DNA of 63,792 nt, filler included, from an uncultured bacterium (GTDB lineage: Bacteria > Latescibacterota > UBA2968): assembly GCA_964471275.1 (NCBI GenBank). It is 4 parts of 4 records of this genome, joined end to end, with 100 filler letters (N's around TTAATTAATTAA, not from the genome) between each part and the next. Parts side by side here need not be neighbours in the genome. Positions count along the whole stretch, not along the records: positions 34,922 to 52,250 come from CAYYGZ010000084.1; 3 more parts are not named here. One strand, written 5' to 3'. Under the pieces are notes generated by a model. The model saw nothing but the letters and a program-made list of their open reading frames with translations. It was not told where the DNA came from and did no database searches. Shown here piece after piece: positions 39,951 through 49,467 of the stretch (position 1 is the stretch's first letter; every line of letters begins with the position of its first letter). The translations under genes and the position numbers were made by a program.

Positions 39951-40439
39951 CTAGTGGTGATGATGACCGCCTGGACCGTGCACGTGTCCGTGTTGGATCT
40001 CTTCCGGCTCGGCTTCACGGACACTCTCGATACTGACCGAGAAGTGCAGGCGTTCACCCGCCAGCTCGTGGTTTCCATCGACAGTGATCGTGTCATCCGA
40101 AACCGCGACGACGCGGATCGGCACGTGACCGTCCTCTGTTTCCGCTTGGAAATGCATGCCGACCTGAATGTCATTGATTCCCTCGAAGTCCCCCCGATCG
40201 ACCGCCTGCTGCAGTGTTTCATCACGCTCACCATACCCGTCACCCGGGTCGATTGAAACATCGAGCTTGTCGCCCTCCGACTTGCCTTCGATCGCCGTCT
40301 CCAGACCTCCGATGATGTTTCCGAATCCGTGCAAGATCTGGAGGGGCTCCTGGCCATCAGATGTGTCGAGAATCTCGCCCGCATCATTCTTGAGGGTGTA
40401 GTGCATGCCGACGACCATGCCATCCTTGATTTCCATCAT
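39951..40439 (-). CDS. slyD: FKBP-type peptidyl-prolyl isomerase
   Basis: HYTLK, IIGGLE, DGNHELAG; His-rich tail HGHVHGPGGHHHH. Confidence 0.96.
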   Translation of the reverse strand: MMEIKDGMVVGMHYTLKNDAGEILDTSDGQEPLQILHGFGNIIGGLETAIEGKSEGDKLDVSIDPGDGYGERDETLQQAVDRGDFEGINDIQVGMHFQAETEDGHVPIRVVAVSDDTITVDGNHELAGERLHFSVSIESVREAEPEEIQHGHVHGPGGHHHH

Positions 40440-40453
40440 TTTCCTTTCGTTCG

Positions 40454-40481
40454 ATTATATCAGAATTGAGACTCTATTGAA
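40454..40481 (-). promoter_or_regulatory. Putative extended -10 promoter of slyD
   Basis: TTCAAT-16 bp-TATAAT with TGn extension. Confidence 0.55.
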
Positions 40482-40543
40482 CTGACGTGGCGGAAGGGGG
40501 TCAAGTGAAGATCATCAACTGGGCAGCTCACATCGTGTCGTCG

Positions 40544-41190
40544 CTATTCCTTCCGCGGGAATAGCGGCGAGATCAAACAGTTCGTCCGGTTACGCCAGCT
40601 TGCCCAGCCCACACCATCATTTACCATTCCGCCCTCGAATGTGAATCCCTTCTCCCGTAACGCCTCCGCGAATCTTGCCGTCGCCTTGCCCGTATCATTC
40701 CACTCGCTGGGGCTGCGGGCGTCGTATCGACCCCAATCGACGTAGATGTGGTAGGGAGGCAGGACGGAGGCCAACTTGATCACCACGTTCTTCTCGGCCT
40801 CATTTGTCTGATCACAGTAAGTGGAGTGGATCGCGATACTGCTGAATAGATCCAGGTTTCGAAGGCTGGCGTGTCACGCCACAAAGCCCCCTCTGCCCGT
40901 ACCCAGAGGTTCGCGCGTCCTTCACGGCTTTGGATTGTCCTGAACGTGGTGTCGAAGACCGGGACCCATTTGTTGATGAACCGGTTCTCGTATTGATCGC
41001 GTTTCGATCCGACAAGACGCTGGTTCCCGTTGAAGATGAGGTGATCCTCGTTACCGAGCCTGAAGATCCCGCTTGTCTTCATGAATGAGTGATAGTGTCA
41101 CCTGGTCGAGTTCCAGACGGAATGTCTTCAGAGCGCTGTCGATCAGGAAGGTGTATTCGAAGGCGATCGGTTTTTCGTCAGGCACAAATG
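40544..41190 (-). pseudogene. Degraded enterochelin-esterase-like alpha/beta hydrolase
   Basis: Fragments in several frames: VPVFDTTFRTIQSREGRANL(G) and IYVDWGRYD...LREKG...DGVGWASWRNR. Confidence 0.65.
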
Positions 41191-41432
41191 TATCCTTTTC
41201 GGAGATTCGAGGGCATTGGTCAAGCACGATAGCTTACGCGGGAGAGTGCGGTAAAGGAGGATAGCAACCAGAGAGGTGTATCAGCCGCTGCCAGAGTGAA
41301 CGTCGTACGGGCAGGTCAGGTGAATCAGGACGTGCGGCCCCGGATAACGCGTATTAGCTTTGGACGAAGACAGGTCTCGGCGCCAATACGAGACGGGAGA
41401 GCAGCTCCATTGAGATAGAAACCAAATCAACG

Positions 41433-42812
41433 ATGAGGGAAGCGATGGATCGACCGAACATTGTCTATATCGTTGCGCACGATCTGGGACGGATGCTGGG
41501 CTGCTACGGCCGCGGGTTCGAGTCACCGAATCTGGACCGGTTTGCACGCGAAGGCGTCCTGTTCAACAGGACGTTCTGCACGACGACAGCGTGCAGTCCA
41601 TCACGGGGTTGTGCGTGGACGGGTCAGTATGCTCACACGCAGGGGCTGATGGGTCTGGTAAATCGAGGATGGAGTCTCCCGGTCGATCGCAAGACCATCG
41701 TCGATCACATGAATGCCGCAGGATATCACACCGCCCTCGTCGGGTTGGATCACGTTCGGAAGTTTCGTGAGGATCACCGATTTCAGGAGTATCGAGACGC
41801 TGACCCGACGACTGCGGTCGCTGTTGACAACGCGATCGCCTTTCTGCGTGATCAGACGGATCAGGCCCAGCCGTTCTACCTGAACGTGGGCACAATCGAG
41901 GTTCACGGATCACAGTGGGGGACAAACTTCGCGAACAGGACCGAGGGCGGCGGAAATCCGCCGATCGACAGATACGGATGGAAGGATCTCGAAAAGACGC
42001 CCGTCCCGCCGACGTTCAAGGATGTGCCGCAGGTGCGTGAGGAGATGGCGAACTACCAGGAATGCATCCGTTATCTCGATTTCCATCTGGGACGTTTCTT
42101 CAACGCGATCGATCGATTGGGTTTCAGGGAGAACACGATCATCATGTTCAACACGGATCACGGGATGGAAGGGCTCCGAGGCAAGGGAACTCTGTATGAG
42201 CTTGGAATGGAGATCGCTTGCATGATGCGAGGTCCGGGTATCTCGGCGGGGAGCACGGTCGAGCATCTGGTTCAGAATATCGACTACGTTCCCACGTTTC
42301 TGGAGGCTGTAGGTGCGGAAATCCCGGAAGACATTCAGGGACAGTCTTTCTGGCCACTCCTGATGGGCAACGATTATACACCGAAGGAGCGGATTTTTGC
42401 GGAACGAAACTGGCACGGTCCGAGCAACGATCCAATGCGTTCTGTACGGACCGAGCGATACCACCTGATCAAGAATTTCGACACGTTGCTGAAGACGCCC
42501 TGGACTCCTGAGACCGTTCCAGAAGTGCGCGATACGTTTGCGTCGTATCCTGCCAGTCTGTTCCCGGGAGGGGCGAACTCGCGACCAGAGATCGAGCTGT
42601 TTGATCTGGAGAAGGATCCTTATGACTGGAACGATGTTGCGGACGACCCATCTCTGGAAGACGTGCGAAAGGAACTGGAGCGCGCAGTCGATCAGTGGAT
42701 GGTGGAATCGGATGATCCGCTGCTCAAAGGCACCATACCGGATCAAATAAACGGGTGGCCGGATGCACCTACCCATCCGCTTCCGGGGACGGCTGGGGGG
42801 CAGGGGGGCTGA
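41433..42812 (+). CDS. Sulfatase (S1 family)
   Basis: PNIVYIVAHDLG, CSPSRG, TDHG, GKGTLYE and ELFDL..DP motifs. Confidence 0.93.
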   Translation: MREAMDRPNIVYIVAHDLGRMLGCYGRGFESPNLDRFAREGVLFNRTFCTTTACSPSRGCAWTGQYAHTQGLMGLVNRGWSLPVDRKTIVDHMNAAGYHTALVGLDHVRKFREDHRFQEYRDADPTTAVAVDNAIAFLRDQTDQAQPFYLNVGTIEVHGSQWGTNFANRTEGGGNPPIDRYGWKDLEKTPVPPTFKDVPQVREEMANYQECIRYLDFHLGRFFNAIDRLGFRENTIIMFNTDHGMEGLRGKGTLYELGMEIACMMRGPGISAGSTVEHLVQNIDYVPTFLEAVGAEIPEDIQGQSFWPLLMGNDYTPKERIFAERNWHGPSNDPMRSVRTERYHLIKNFDTLLKTPWTPETVPEVRDTFASYPASLFPGGANSRPEIELFDLEKDPYDWNDVADDPSLEDVRKELERAVDQWMVESDDPLLKGTIPDQINGWPDAPTHPLPGTAGGQGG

Positions 42813-43040
42813 GGAGCAGGGGAGAGGGCAGAGAGAAGCGCTGTCCTGATTTTCGGCGCCCAAAGCACCGTCACGCCGAGCGTGAGTCGAGGTGTTGGTT
42901 CTACAGAGAGGAGAAGCGCTCTGATCCTGTTCCCAACAGGCCTCGCCTGGGGAGCGAATCGATGGCGTTTATGTTCGACCGACAGGTTGTGAATGTGCAG
43001 ACAACAACACGTGTTAACCCAGGTTCTGTAGAGGCGTTCG

Positions 43041-45767
43041 ATGGTAACTGAGAAACATTCACGATTCTACCTGAGTCCTGCTCACTTGCTTGCTCTTCTT
43101 GTGGTGTCCGCTCTTTCTGCAGATGGCTCTGCCACCGGTCAATCTCATCCCTTCCTGATCGTGCGGGAAGAAATGTACGCAGAACTGCAAGCCCGTTCGG
43201 ACCAGGAGCCCTGGGCTACCTGGAAGAACGCGGCGATGAACTATGATCGCACGTATGACGTGACAAGGAGCTACAGATCCAAGGCCGGTGACATGTCGAA
43301 GATCGTGAGTCGGGCTTCACTGGCTTACATCCTCGACGAACAGAAACGTTCCCTGTATGTCCAGCGTATCGTGAACGCGATCACAACGGGTTGGCCGGAC
43401 CTGAGTTCGGGTCTGAATCGTAGCGATTGGGGAACCGTGGTTCCGCCCGGAAACGCGCTCTTCGACTCTGTGTTGGCCGCTGACGTGATCTACAACGCGA
43501 TGAGTTCGACAGAACGCCAGAGGGTGGAAGACGTACTCCGGCAGGCTGCCAACTTCTACATCGAGAGCCAGACGTCCTGGCGGCTCAACCTGTATGGAAA
43601 CCGGCTTGCCTGGGGGCTCTACACGGGCGATCGCACGTTGGCGGACAAAGCCAAAGCTGACTATCTGAACGAGCTCTCATCACAGCTGTCAGATGACGGT
43701 GTGTTTGTGGCAGGCCCGGGCTACGCGTCGAACCGGCTGGGAGGCCTGCGCAGTGCGAAGACGCACACGATGGATGTACTCGAGTTCACGGGTGAAGCTC
43801 AACTCTATGATGATCCACGTGTGATCGACTTCTACGAGTGGCTCTATGGATACTCGGTGACTCCCTTTCGTCGACGATACTCGTTCGGTGATTCCGCGCC
43901 GAATCGCAATGGTTTGCAGAATGGCCCTCGAGCGGTGTCCGCGCATCGGTTCTCCGAGGCAGCCGCCAGCTACGCAGCGTGGAGCCTGAACGGCGAGTTT
44001 CCATCCGCAAGCCTGCTGGCCTATGTCCTGATGGATCAACCTCTGGCAGATCCGAAGCTCCCGCCGAGTCGTGTCTTTTCTGATGGTGGGGCTTACTTCC
44101 GAGAGGCAATCAACTCCCCGGATGCTCTGGCTGGTGCCCTTAACAACGTTACTACTGATGGTGGGCATACACACAAAGAGGCAAACGGTGTCCATCTCGC
44201 TGCCTACGGCGAGCACATCCTGCGGAATGCTGGCTACAAGGGATGGGGTACAGGTGCATACGGTTTCACTTGGGAATACGTGAACCGGACTGCGCGATCC
44301 GCGAATGTCGTCTCGGTCGAAGGGAACGACCATCTTGTGAAGGTTGGCGCAGGTGTGGCGGAGTCGTTCACGGGACACGGGTTCGACTACGCGAGCGGAA
44401 ATTCGGGGCAGGCGCTGCTCGGAGGGAGACATTGGCGCAATTTCTGTCTGGTTCATTCTGCTGATGAGGCGAACGGATACTTCATCGTCTTCGACGAAGT
44501 CTATCCCGCAGTCGGCACGCGCTCGGCCGATCTCTACCTGCATCCCAATTCGGATGAAACTGATATCACGACGGAGGGATTGGCCTACACGTGGGAGATC
44601 GGTGCTTTCCACACCCACGAGTTCGATACAGACACGTCGAACAACAACCTCGAGATCCGCGAGAGCGAGAATGGCGTCCACGTGACTGCGTTTCTGGCCT
44701 CTTCCCCTCAGACAGCCACGATCGAGCGTGGTCTCTTGGCGCAGTGGGACGAGACCTTTGTGGGCGAGTATCTTCACGCCACGTACCCCATAGACGGGCA
44801 TACAGGTTTTCTCACGCTGATCCTTCCGCACGACAACAGCCATCTCCCACCGACGCCACTTCGCATATCGGGACCCTATCACAGCGGCGCGCGGGTCGAT
44901 CACGGAGCCGGCATCGTTGACTATGCGGCGGAGTCCACGTCAGACTCTACTTACAGGATCGGTGAAACGGAGGTGCGTGGTCTGGCAACCTGGTTCCGTA
45001 CACGAAACGACACAACGGTGTCGGTCTTTCTGCGGAAAGGTGTGGGATTTGAATCTCCGATGCTCGGTTTCACGGCCGAGGACGAAGTCAGCCTGCTTCT
45101 CGAGGGACAGGCCGGTCAGGTCATTTCGCCAGGCACTCATCTAACAATCCGGTCCAACCGCGCTCTCGATCTGGTACTTAATGGTGGGACACCCCTGTCG
45201 GTCGTTTCCTCCGGTGTCGATTGGATACAGGTCTACATTCCGGAAGGACGACACTCTTTCTCTCTCGTCACGCTCGCACCGCCCGCTCTGTCGGTCCCAC
45301 CGAATCTTGATTTGGGTGAGGTCCCCAAAGATCGCGTGTCTCGGGGATCACTGGTCCTCACGAATACCGGTGAAGGACCGATGATTGTGAGTGATGTCCG
45401 GTCCGATTTCTCGGGGTTCAGCTCGGATGCACTTCCCGTTCGGATCGAAGCGGGTGAGGCGCGTGAAGTCGCCGTGTCGGTGCGTGGTGGAACCGGAGGA
45501 GCTTCCGAAGGGGTTGTCGAGATCTACACCAACAGTCCGGATCATCCGGTCACATTCGTTAAGCTGACGGGCCTGTTCACGACCGTAGCGGCAGATGCGC
45601 GGGCAGACTTTGATGGCGATGGGGTCGTTGGTTTCTCTGACTTCCTGGCCTTTGTGCAAGCATTTGGTTCGTCGGATGCGGCATACGATATCGATCGCAG
45701 CGGGAGCGTCGATTTCGGGGACTTTCTCATCCTGGCAGATTCATTTGGCCGGTCAGTGATGGGATAG
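43041..45767 (+). CDS. Secreted heparinase II/III-like lyase with Ig (ASH-like) domain and C-terminal dockerin/EF-hand-like module
   Basis: Signal peptide; HP motif, FGDS, GHTHKEAN..L.AYGE..L..AGY; NTGEGPM.VS Ig domain; DFDGDGVVGFSDFL...DIDRSGSVDFGDFL. Confidence 0.8.
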   Translation: MVTEKHSRFYLSPAHLLALLVVSALSADGSATGQSHPFLIVREEMYAELQARSDQEPWATWKNAAMNYDRTYDVTRSYRSKAGDMSKIVSRASLAYILDEQKRSLYVQRIVNAITTGWPDLSSGLNRSDWGTVVPPGNALFDSVLAADVIYNAMSSTERQRVEDVLRQAANFYIESQTSWRLNLYGNRLAWGLYTGDRTLADKAKADYLNELSSQLSDDGVFVAGPGYASNRLGGLRSAKTHTMDVLEFTGEAQLYDDPRVIDFYEWLYGYSVTPFRRRYSFGDSAPNRNGLQNGPRAVSAHRFSEAAASYAAWSLNGEFPSASLLAYVLMDQPLADPKLPPSRVFSDGGAYFREAINSPDALAGALNNVTTDGGHTHKEANGVHLAAYGEHILRNAGYKGWGTGAYGFTWEYVNRTARSANVVSVEGNDHLVKVGAGVAESFTGHGFDYASGNSGQALLGGRHWRNFCLVHSADEANGYFIVFDEVYPAVGTRSADLYLHPNSDETDITTEGLAYTWEIGAFHTHEFDTDTSNNNLEIRESENGVHVTAFLASSPQTATIERGLLAQWDETFVGEYLHATYPIDGHTGFLTLILPHDNSHLPPTPLRISGPYHSGARVDHGAGIVDYAAESTSDSTYRIGETEVRGLATWFRTRNDTTVSVFLRKGVGFESPMLGFTAEDEVSLLLEGQAGQVISPGTHLTIRSNRALDLVLNGGTPLSVVSSGVDWIQVYIPEGRHSFSLVTLAPPALSVPPNLDLGEVPKDRVSRGSLVLTNTGEGPMIVSDVRSDFSGFSSDALPVRIEAGEAREVAVSVRGGTGGASEGVVEIYTNSPDHPVTFVKLTGLFTTVAADARADFDGDGVVGFSDFLAFVQAFGSSDAAYDIDRSGSVDFGDFLILADSFGRSVMG

Positions 45768-46084
45768 CCAGACTGTGGCTCAACATTCAGGGATGTGTTT
45801 GTAGCTGGACATGGATGAGAGTTTGTCTCGTTACCGAGGCCCGGGTCTGGGTGTAGTGGCGAATGGGGTGCGAGTGGTAGACTTCGGGCAGATGACCGGT
45901 CAGTGCCTCGTGTGGCCGGATTCTCTGCTGCATGATAGACTGCTTTGGATTTCTGTGTAGAAGCGTGTTTGCCGTGTCTTCGACTAGCCCGATGGGCACG
46001 TCGAGAAGCGGGCATTCTGTATGTCGTGGAGTTCTCGATACGCGTCACCGTAAGTGTCGTTGGTCGAGCAAATGGGAATGAAGA

Positions 46085-48046
46085 ATGAGGGAGGCCGTGG
46101 AAGCAACGATTGACTGGGTGGTTGAGGAGCAGTCAGATCGGGTCAATGCACTGTTCGAGGCGTTGGATCTGAAGCGTGATGGGCTGGGTGATGTAGCGAA
46201 AGCCTGGGGTGCGGGAGACAAGGTCGCGGCGTGCCGTGCGTTGTTGGATCACTATGGAAAGTCAAAACAGGCGAAGCGATGGGGTCGGGACCCGGTAGAG
46301 ACGGGAGAAGACACGACCGCCGCAGCCGAGGCAATCCTGCGGGACGAGTACACGTTTCAAAACGTGACAGGAACGCCCACACGGAAGGCCGACGGATCAC
46401 TTGATTGGACGTATCGCGGACCGAACGACGATGCTGAGTGGGCGTTCTTCCTGAATCGACACGGGCACATCCGTGCGCTTCTTCACGCCTATCGCAAGAC
46501 GGGGAATGAGCGGTACATCGATCGCGTGGACTCGGATACCCGTGAGTGGGTGATCGTGAATCCGTATGGGTGGGAGCGAACGAGCGACCCCCGATGGCGT
46601 GGTCTGGAGACGATGGCGCGCATCGGTGTCTGGTCACATCTCTTCTACAACTCGATCGGCGATGACCACATTCAGGATGGCACGCGGATCCTCCTTCTCT
46701 CCAGCATCCCCGAACACGCGCACTACACGCAGCATTACCACAATACCTGGGGCAACTGGCTGGCTATGCAGATGTGTTCGCTCTCGTTGGCAGGACTGGC
46801 GTTCCCCGAGTTTCGGGATCAGGAAGCCTGGCTGGCATACAGCTACCACTCGCTGCTTCCTCAGATGGAGCGCCAGATCTACCCGGACGGCGCGCAGAAG
46901 GAGCTGTCGAGCCACTACCACGGTGCGACACTCAATGCTTTCCAGGCCTTTGCTGACCTGTATGAGCAAGCGGATCAGCGATTGCCGGATTCCTGGTATG
47001 AAGGTCTCGAGCGGATGTGGAACTACTGGGCGTATTCGATGCGTCCCGACGGGCACGGTGTGCTGAACAATGATTCGAACCTCGATTACAACCGACCGAA
47101 ACTGCTTCAGACGTATGAGCAGTATGGTCGCCCGGATTGGGCGTATATCGCGTCGAATGGCGCTGAGGGTGACAGACCGGCCGGACTGGCATCGCGCATT
47201 TTTACGTGGTCTGGGCAGCTGATTTCGAGGAGCGGCTGGGATGCCGACGCGCACTGGAGTGTATTCGATGTCGGACCGTGGGGGATCGGGCACCAACATC
47301 AGGACAAGCTGCATCTGTCGGTATCCGCCTTCGGCCAAGACTTTCTTGTTGATGCGGGAAGGCTCTACTACAAGCGGGACGACTGGCGGGACTGGATCCA
47401 GGGGACGATGGCGCACAATACGCTGATCGTAGATGGCTGCGAGCAGAAGGCGGATGTGCTGGAAGTAGACGAACCCATCGATGCGGATTCCTATGCAATG
47501 AACGCGTCATTCGATTATGCGCGCAGTGCCTTTACCGCGGGATATAAGGGGTTGGAAGGCGAGGCGGTCCATCGTCGCGCTGTGATGTATGTCAAAGGTG
47601 TGGCCTGGATCGCCGTGGATCAGGTCGAGAGCGACCGGGAGCGTGAGGTTGAGACCCTCTGGCATTTTCATCCAGACGTGACCGTCCAGCTCGAAGACAG
47701 GGTTGCGATCGGCAGGCACGAGGTCGGGTCGATGGCCGTTCACCCGATCGGTGGGTGGAGTGGGCACGCGCGGACGGTCGAGGGACAGGAGCCTCCTGAT
47801 ATCCAGGGATGGTATAGCCGGGAATACAATCAGAAGGATCCGGCGACGTGCGCGATATACGGTGGCAAGAGTGACGGGCAGGTGATGGGCTGGGTGATCG
47901 TGCCGTCGAAGGAGGGGAACGTAGATGCCGAGATTCAGCTGGAAGAGGAGGACGGAGTGGTGTCCGTGTCGGGCGTGATCTCGGGGAGACAGGTCGAGGC
48001 CCGTATCCCGATCGTCGAGGGTGAACCGACGTTGATTGTGAGGTAG
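46085..48046 (+). CDS. Heparinase II/III family (heparin-sulfate lyase-like) protein
   Basis: EW..FLNRH, GNW, QIYPDG..ELSSHYH, RSGWD, GHQHQDKL, DAGR..Y and AHNT motifs. Confidence 0.9.
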   Translation: MREAVEATIDWVVEEQSDRVNALFEALDLKRDGLGDVAKAWGAGDKVAACRALLDHYGKSKQAKRWGRDPVETGEDTTAAAEAILRDEYTFQNVTGTPTRKADGSLDWTYRGPNDDAEWAFFLNRHGHIRALLHAYRKTGNERYIDRVDSDTREWVIVNPYGWERTSDPRWRGLETMARIGVWSHLFYNSIGDDHIQDGTRILLLSSIPEHAHYTQHYHNTWGNWLAMQMCSLSLAGLAFPEFRDQEAWLAYSYHSLLPQMERQIYPDGAQKELSSHYHGATLNAFQAFADLYEQADQRLPDSWYEGLERMWNYWAYSMRPDGHGVLNNDSNLDYNRPKLLQTYEQYGRPDWAYIASNGAEGDRPAGLASRIFTWSGQLISRSGWDADAHWSVFDVGPWGIGHQHQDKLHLSVSAFGQDFLVDAGRLYYKRDDWRDWIQGTMAHNTLIVDGCEQKADVLEVDEPIDADSYAMNASFDYARSAFTAGYKGLEGEAVHRRAVMYVKGVAWIAVDQVESDREREVETLWHFHPDVTVQLEDRVAIGRHEVGSMAVHPIGGWSGHARTVEGQEPPDIQGWYSREYNQKDPATCAIYGGKSDGQVMGWVIVPSKEGNVDAEIQLEEEDGVVSVSGVISGRQVEARIPIVEGEPTLIVR

Positions 48047-48294
48047 AGAGTCAGGTCGCCAATTGTGGTTTCAGCACTGACGTGTGGGTTTTGAGTCACT
48101 GGACGGGACCGGGTCAGCGTCGGACGCAGTCTTCAGCCCTATGCGATCGCTCTACTGCCAAGGCCCTCCTACCCTCCGGTTTCGGCGTCTCCCTCGACTA
48201 CGCTTGGGGCGGGCTAACTGGGCGCGGTGCCTGCTAGATCACTTCGCGAGGCCACGCCGTTTAGTTCGATCAGTCAGGTTGCTCCTCAGGCAGC

Positions 48295-48342
48295 GTCACT
48301 TCGGGCCGGGCCCATCGGGACTCTGGGCCGGCCCGAAGTGAC
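48295..48342. repeat. Long GC-rich inverted repeat (hairpin)
   Basis: gtcacttcgggccg(g)gccca - 9 nt - tgggccggcccgaagtgac; 19-bp stem with one bulge. Confidence 0.85.
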
Positions 48343-48467
48343 ACTTTCTGACGGCCAGTTTGGCTGTCTGGGCTAGTTGCCGCATCCACGGATGAACAGA
48401 GGACACTTATGAAGACGACCCACACTTTTGCGTGTAGAAGCTCAATTGTCAAAAATCGGGAGAGTAA

Positions 48468-49445
48468 ATGTTGATACAGGATCAGATTGGTTGGACAGAT
48501 TTGGACGGTGACTGGCTGAGCTTCTTCAGGGCGATCAGTGTTGATACGATTCATCTGGAGTGTCGTCGTGCGGTGGCTGAGGCAGGACTCGAGATCGGAG
48601 ACTCGAGCAAGCTTGAAAGCATGTTTACAGAGGCACGTGAGAAGGTCGAGAAGGCTGGCCTGAAACTGAATAACGTCTTCTTCTCCGTTCCGAAAGAGAT
48701 ACCACTGGGTCTGGAAGCAGCCGACGAGCAGATTGATAACTGGTGTGGACTGCTGGAAGCTCTGGGTAAGGCCGGCATACCAGCTCTGGGCTGGAACTTC
48801 AAGCCCATGGGGAACTTCCGGACGGATTCGGCATCGGGACGCGGCGGCGTGAGCTACAGCACCTTCGACTACGACGCTTACATGAAGGACCGAACCGGCA
48901 TGAACACGCCCCAGATATCCGAGGCTGAGATGTGGGGCCGAATGGAGCGGTTTCTAAAGGCCGTGATACCCGTCGCCGAGAAGGCCGGCGTTGTGATGGC
49001 GCTCCATCCCGACGATCCGCCCATTCCGGAGCCGCTTGGCGGTGTATGGCAGATCTGTTCCTCTACCGATCAGTTTCGACGGGTCTTCGATTCCGTCCCC
49101 AGTGAGAGCAACCGCATGCTGTTCTGTCAGGGGTGTATGACCGAACTGTTGGGGCAGGAGGTCTACGGGTTTATCAAGGAGATGTCCTCGAAGAACAAGA
49201 TCCAATGGGTGCACTTCAGAAACGTGAAGGGACAGCTACCGTACTTCGAAGAGGTGTTTCCGGACAACGGGGATATCGACATGCGGCAGGCGATGGAGAT
49301 ATACCGGGACAACGGGTTCAATGGGCCGTTCATGATGGATCATACGCCCAGGTTCGCGGGTGAGAACGCCCCACTGTCGAAGAAGCTGGGTAAAGCATAC
49401 TGTATCGGGTATATCAGAAGGCTGATTCAGGAGGTATACGGGTAG
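48468..49445 (+). CDS. Mannonate dehydratase (UxuA-like)
   Basis: AEKAGVVMALHPDDPP, FCQG, VHFRNV, EVFPDNGDIDM and DHTP motifs. Confidence 0.88.
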   Translation: MLIQDQIGWTDLDGDWLSFFRAISVDTIHLECRRAVAEAGLEIGDSSKLESMFTEAREKVEKAGLKLNNVFFSVPKEIPLGLEAADEQIDNWCGLLEALGKAGIPALGWNFKPMGNFRTDSASGRGGVSYSTFDYDAYMKDRTGMNTPQISEAEMWGRMERFLKAVIPVAEKAGVVMALHPDDPPIPEPLGGVWQICSSTDQFRRVFDSVPSESNRMLFCQGCMTELLGQEVYGFIKEMSSKNKIQWVHFRNVKGQLPYFEEVFPDNGDIDMRQAMEIYRDNGFNGPFMMDHTPRFAGENAPLSKKLGKAYCIGYIRRLIQEVYG

Positions 49446-49467
49446 GGGCGGCAGGGGAGCAGAGAGG

